DNA of 57,866 nt from contig JAAYQC010000085.1 in assembly GCA_012519515.1 (NCBI GenBank), forward strand, positions 1-57,866, written 5' to 3'. The DNA comes from Bacteroidales bacterium (lineage in GTDB: Bacteria; Bacteroidota; Bacteroidia; Bacteroidales; VadinHA17). The translations under genes were made by a program, and so were the position numbers. Positions 54,501 to 57,866 of this stretch are shown here, piece after piece (within the stretch, counting starts at the first letter, position 1; the number at the start of each line of letters is the position of its first letter). The notes under the pieces were generated by a model. It was not told the origin of the DNA. It worked only from the letters and a program-made list of their open reading frames with translations, and searched no databases.

Positions 54501-56350
54501 TTGGTTTGATTAAGGAGTGCAAAGTGTTTTCCAAGATCATTCTCATTATACAGAACATAACAATCAGCAACAATATTCTCATCTCTTCCGGCTCTTCCTG
54601 ACTCCTGGACATAGTTTTCCAATGAATCAGATATCTCATAATGGATAACCATCCCAATGTCTTTTTTGTCAACACCCATTCCGAAAGCAGAAGTTGCAAC
54701 CATTATTTGAACATTACCGGAGATAAAAGCATTCTGGTTTTCAGACTTTTCCTTGACATCCATTTGGCCATGATAAGGCTTTGCATTGAAACCATCCTCG
54801 TTTAGTCTCTTAGCCAATGAATATGCTTGCCATGTCCTGGAAACATAGACAATGGTGGGACATTTTTTACTTTCAATAAGGCTACGGAGCTTGTTATATT
54901 TCTCTTGTTCATTACCTTCTTCAAATACCCTATACTGAAGATTTGTTCTTGATTCCCCGGATCGATATACTTCAAGATTCAGAGATAATTTTTCTTTAAA
55001 GTAGTTGCAAATATCTTCAATTACCTTTTGCTTGGCAGTTGCAGTAAAGCAAGAAACCGGAATACTATCCTGAAGGTTTTTCTTTTCCTGAAAGGCTTTG
55101 ATAAAGTCACCGATATACAAGTAATCGACCCTGAAATCCTGTCCCCACGAAGAAAAGCAGTGAGCCTCATCAATGACAAAGCGGATAATGGTTCTTCCCA
55201 GTAAAAGCCTTTCGATGGTTTTTGATCTCAAGGACTCCGGTGAAATGTAAAGTATTGAAGCAGTACCATCTTGAACTCTTTCAAATGATTTACACCGTTC
55301 AATAGGATCGAGTAAACCATTGATTGTAACCGCATATGTAATATTGATCTTCTCAAGATTATCAACCTGGTCCTTCATCAGTGATTGCAGAGGAGAGATT
55401 ACAATAGTCAGTCCTTTAATATTCTCCCCACTCATTAAAGCAGGCAATTGGAAGGTTAATGATTTTCCCCCTCCTGTTGGAAAAACAACTAAAATCGATT
55501 TATTATCAATTGCAGCCTTAACTGCATCTTCTTGTAAAGATTTTCCACCGTAGGTTCTAAATGAATTAAAGCCAAAGTAATGATTAAGACCTGCGTAATG
55601 ATCCAGAGATTTATTGCAATAACTGCATCCGGGTATGCATGGTTTATTTCTAAGAAGATACATTATTCTTTCAACTTCCGGATAGTTTTTTATTACCCAG
55701 GGAGGAGTGATAGATTTTCTGTTGTTGCAATTAATCAATGCCAGGCAATAGGCCAGCTCTATCGGATGTGCAGTAATTATTTCAGCTAATTTTGAATTAC
55801 CGCAAATAAAATTGTTGAATCTTTGACGTATTAAATTCTCCGCATTATCAGGACTACTGGTTCTGAAGCCAATGAATTCAAAAAAAGACTGGAACTCATT
55901 TTTATCATTTAGCAGGAGATAGTAGATGATTTTTAATGAATTATCCAGTGCATTAAAAGCAGAGACTTCATCATTAAACAAATCCCTGGCTTTAATTGAA
56001 TCATTCAAAGGATTATTTAATTCTTCTGATTGAAGCTTATCATCTTTTAACAGATGGTGATATGGCTCCATTGGGAAAAGCAATGGAGAGAGAAATAATG
56101 TATCAATTACCTTAATATGCTGTATCCCGGAATCTGCTAAAGGTTTCTGAAGATATTTTAAATCATGGTTTAATATGTTGTGGCCACAAATAAAACTTGT
56201 TCCATTAATAAATGAAATGAATTCCGGAATTGACCCTGAATGGAAAAGAATCCCGTTTTCCTTTATTCCGCCAATGTCACGGATTTCCTGGTTTTTCAGA
56301 CTGACTTCGATATCAATGAAAGCGATTGATTTCATATGTATCTGGTTCAT
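51542..56350 (-). CDS. Giant tri-modular protein: DnaQ-like 3'-5' exonuclease + RecQ-family SF2 helicase + UvrD/PcrA-family SF1 helicase (1602 aa)
   Basis: A single uninterrupted frame. Exonuclease motifs: FIDIEV and GHNILNHDL. RecQ motifs: FPTGGGKSLTFQLPA, VIDEAHCFSSWGQDFR, FTATA, VATSAFGMGVDK and QESGRAGRD. UvrD motifs: AAGPGSGKT, TFSRAAATEF, VIDEAQD, GDDDQNIFTFRGA, TIHKAKGKEFDNVF and VYVAMTRARQNL. Confidence 0.85.
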   Translation of the reverse strand: MNQIHMKSIAFIDIEVSLKNQEIRDIGGIKENGILFHSGSIPEFISFINGTSFICGHNILNHDLKYLQKPLADSGIQHIKVIDTLFLSPLLFPMEPYHHLLKDDKLQSEELNNPLNDSIKARDLFNDEVSAFNALDNSLKIIYYLLLNDKNEFQSFFEFIGFRTSSPDNAENLIRQRFNNFICGNSKLAEIITAHPIELAYCLALINCNNRKSITPPWVIKNYPEVERIMYLLRNKPCIPGCSYCNKSLDHYAGLNHYFGFNSFRTYGGKSLQEDAVKAAIDNKSILVVFPTGGGKSLTFQLPALMSGENIKGLTIVISPLQSLMKDQVDNLEKINITYAVTINGLLDPIERCKSFERVQDGTASILYISPESLRSKTIERLLLGRTIIRFVIDEAHCFSSWGQDFRVDYLYIGDFIKAFQEKKNLQDSIPVSCFTATAKQKVIEDICNYFKEKLSLNLEVYRSGESRTNLQYRVFEEGNEQEKYNKLRSLIESKKCPTIVYVSRTWQAYSLAKRLNEDGFNAKPYHGQMDVKEKSENQNAFISGNVQIMVATSAFGMGVDKKDIGMVIHYEISDSLENYVQESGRAGRDENIVADCYVLYNENDLGKHFALLNQTKLSIKEIKQVWKAIKGITRFRSTASNSALEIARKAGWDEGITEIETRVKTAVSALEEAGYLKRGQNVPHIFANSILTNNAQEAIDKINSSERFSEKQKIKAIRIIKKLISSKSKRHSNDEVAESRIDYISDHLGIVKEEVIKIITLLREEKILADTRDLTAFIKKGDLVNRSKSIAETYRQIEEFFLQQLEENEKTYHLKELNEKAIEAGCQHVTPNKFKTIINFWAIKNWIKRQNLKNSKNHVVIQCIQPKDELQEKLKKRHSLARFIVEFLYGKIDNNADVNAEEVLIEFSVIELQEAYKESLELFKFEVTTDDIEDTLFYLSRIEAIKIEGGFLVIYNTMTIERVEQNIKAQYKKEDYQKLDQFYKNKVQQIHIVGEYAKKMLEDYRGALQFVDDYFKLNYPVFLSKYFKGSRLDDINRNLTPAKFRQLFGSLSTAQLAIINDKESKYIVIAAGPGSGKTRVLVHKLASLLLMEDIKHEQLLMLTFSRAAATEFKKRLIELYGNAARFIEIKTFHSYCFDLLGKVGSIEKSDEIINATIEKIKNHEVEQSRISKMVLVIDEAQDMDVHEYNLINELIEENEDMRVLAVGDDDQNIFTFRGADSVYMGKFITEKKAKKYELFDNFRSKSNLVTFSNQFVKTIKHRLKTLPIVASDKKNGIIKTVKYQSNNLIVPTVNDIISTDLSGTTCILTQTNKEALNITGLLIKNGFKAKLIQTNDGFNLYNLLEVRCFLDTLKSTDDSPSISDKKWERSKSELFRRFDNSSKWEICKNIIRDFESTNTRIKYFSDLEVFIRESKLEDFQREDGETIFVSTIHKAKGKEFDNVFIMLENCDLSSDENKRIVYVAMTRARQNLFIHHNSNFFDTFQADGLVSLVDCENYELPEKITMQLSFSDVNLGFFEYRQFQINSLIPGDILCIKDEGLSDNTGDIVLKFSKKFNEIISQLKDQGYHLQKARINFIVYWKDSDKEKESKIILPELDFEK
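51911..53200 (-). other. Domain: UvrD/PcrA-type SF1 helicase core (aa ~1051-1480)
   Basis: Motifs I, Ia, II, III, V and VI are all present in canonical order. Confidence 0.8.
54551..55567 (-). other. Domain: RecQ-type helicase core (aa ~262-600)
   Basis: Motifs I, II (DEAH), III, V and VI are colinear with E. coli RecQ motif strings. I recognised no RQC or HRDC region downstream. Confidence 0.8.
55946..56335 (-). other. Domain: DEDD-type exonuclease module (aa ~6-135)
   Basis: The ExoI-like D-I-E (FIDIEV) and ExoII-like (ICGHNILNHDLKYL) motifs are recognisable. ExoIII is not confidently identified. Confidence 0.6.
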
Positions 56351-56439
56351 GACTAATTTTGAAAGTTCAATGTAATAAACACATTGGCTTTTATATGGAT
56401 TTTATACACAGAGCATCGACAATCTATGTTGTAATATAA

Positions 56440-57866
56440 TCAATGGATTACAACTTTATGCACTTCCAGAACGTTGTCGTCAGTCAGAACGATGAGATAA
56501 ATACCAGGATAGTATTTCGAAATATCAAATTCATGGATATCACTATCCGCAATTCCGGTTTCCAGAATACGGCCATAAATATCATATAAAGCAATTTTCT
56601 TTCCTGTGAACCTCCGTTTCAGCGGAACTTTAAGCAGGTTCCCATTTATATAAGGTAATAGAGTTCTATCCTGACTATCATCAATTTCTATCTGAAGAGA
56701 TCCGGATATTCCCGAACCGTCATTTGCTGTGGCAACTGCTGTTACCAAACCATAAGCTTCGGCAGTAACTAGGCCATCTAAACTGATTGTTGCCCTGCCT
56801 GTGCCGTTATTAATGGACCATGTAATTGTCTTGTCGCTTGCATCTGCCGGTGTTACTTCAGCTGTTAACTGAAGGGTCCCTCCTATTTCATTAATAATGG
56901 CTTCCCCATTCTGACCACTTACGGAAATGCCGGTTATGCCAATGAAATCTCTGACAATATTTATAGCGATGTCTCCGGAAACTCCTGAACCATCAACCGC
57001 GGATGCGATGGCTGTGACTGTACCATATGCAACGGGAGTAAGGAGTCCCGTTGAGCTTATTGTTGCCTGCCCGCTTCCGTTGACAACTGACCAGTTCACA
57101 TTTTTATTTGTTGCATTTGCCGGACTGACAGCTGCATTAAGCTGAAGAGAGGTCTCCAATCCGGTTATGGCTACCGATCCTCCTGATGCTGTAACAGTGA
57201 TTGACTCCACTAAAACTGTCTGGTTGGTAACAGAAATAGTTGTTGTTGCATAAATATCAGTTCCCCCATTAGCTGTGGCTCTGATAATCACATTACCATT
57301 GGATACTGCAGTCACCAGTCCGTTCTGACTGATTGTTGCCTGACCTGTCCCTCCGGTAATTGACCAGACAACAGATTTGTCTGTAGCGTTTGACGGAGTG
57401 ACGGTTGCAGAAAGCTGCAATGAGCCACCCGGGGTTGAAATTGCATTTCCCCCGGATATTGATATTCCGGTAACCGATATAACCTGGTTGTTTATTGTGA
57501 TTGTAATTTCCCCGAATATTCCCGAACCGTCATTCGCGGTTGCCCTTGCGACCACCGAACCATTGGAAACTGCAGTGACAACACCGCTGGAATTGATTGT
57601 CGCCTGGCCTGTACCGTTGGCAATACTCCAGGTGACGGTCTTGTTCGTGGCATTAGCAGGAGTGACTGTTGCCGTTAAGGCCAATGTACCCTTATCCTGT
57701 GTTATGGTTGACGCTCCACCGGCTCCCGTTACGGAAATACTCGAGACAGGAATAACCTGACCGCTGATAGTAATAACCAACTGATCAGAGACACCGCTGC
57801 CATCATTAGCCGTTGCACGGGCCGTAACAGTACCGTTGGAAACTGCAGTGACAACACCACTTGAAT
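56440..57866 (-). CDS. Cell-surface protein with tandem Ig-like (Big_2) domains and a type A T9SS C-terminal sorting domain (5' end outside the window)
   Basis: The frame stays open past the track TTG at 57780 to the window edge. There are at least 5 repeats of L.LTATV.PANATNK.V.WS...G.G.ATI...G.VTAV..G.V...ATA.DGSG. The C-terminus (IALYDIYGRIL...GIYLIVL) is Por_Secre_tail-like. Confidence 0.8.
   Translation of the reverse strand, partial: SSGVVTAVSNGTVTARATANDGSGVSDQLVITISGQVIPVSSISVTGAGGASTITQDKGTLALTATVTPANATNKTVTWSIANGTGQATINSSGVVTAVSNGSVVARATANDGSGIFGEITITINNQVISVTGISISGGNAISTPGGSLQLSATVTPSNATDKSVVWSITGGTGQATISQNGLVTAVSNGNVIIRATANGGTDIYATTTISVTNQTVLVESITVTASGGSVAITGLETSLQLNAAVSPANATNKNVNWSVVNGSGQATISSTGLLTPVAYGTVTAIASAVDGSGVSGDIAINIVRDFIGITGISVSGQNGEAIINEIGGTLQLTAEVTPADASDKTITWSINNGTGRATISLDGLVTAEAYGLVTAVATANDGSGISGSLQIEIDDSQDRTLLPYINGNLLKVPLKRRFTGKKIALYDIYGRILETGIADSDIHEFDISKYYPGIYLIVLTDDNVLEVHKVVIH

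Overview
This 57.9 kb window looks like Bacteroidota chromosome. The evidence is TAnnTTTG-type -7 promoter boxes, type A and type B T9SS C-terminal sorting domains, SprB repeats, lipoprotein signals and the overall gene content. I support about 45 CDS and one tRNA-Pro(TGG). I found no rRNA, CRISPR array, integrase or transposase.

Most of the window is housekeeping: purL, two PPIases, ppk1, folP, cdaA, tmk, tpiA, rsmE and an M1 peptidase. There are also two metabolic clusters:
- a five-gene Hdr-like Fe-S/flavin/membrane cluster at 9.3-14.3 kb;
- a translationally coupled murK-like/murQ/gmhA-like/heptose-kinase-HAD/DHS-like operon at 14.5-19.9 kb.

The most unusual region is an AT-rich segment of about 7 kb (roughly 49.0-56.4 kb), which contains:
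- a 1602-aa single polypeptide that fuses a DnaQ-like exonuclease, a RecQ-type SF2 helicase and a UvrD-type SF1 helicase;
- a small lipoprotein gene and a YdjC/ChbG-like deacetylase gene;
- tandem heptanucleotide arrays in every intergenic spacer. These are (GCNCAGG)17, an 11-unit mixed array, and (AAAGTGG)4 / (AATACAT)2+2 / (CCCYRTG)3. Two of the three GGG/CCC-containing arrays match a G-quadruplex pattern.

A second notable locus is a small Arc/ribbon-helix-helix gene. It is preceded by about 11 tandem 11-bp units with a TGATAT core, seven of them at exact 11-bp spacing.

All calls come from reading the sequence and the ORF track by eye. No database search was run.
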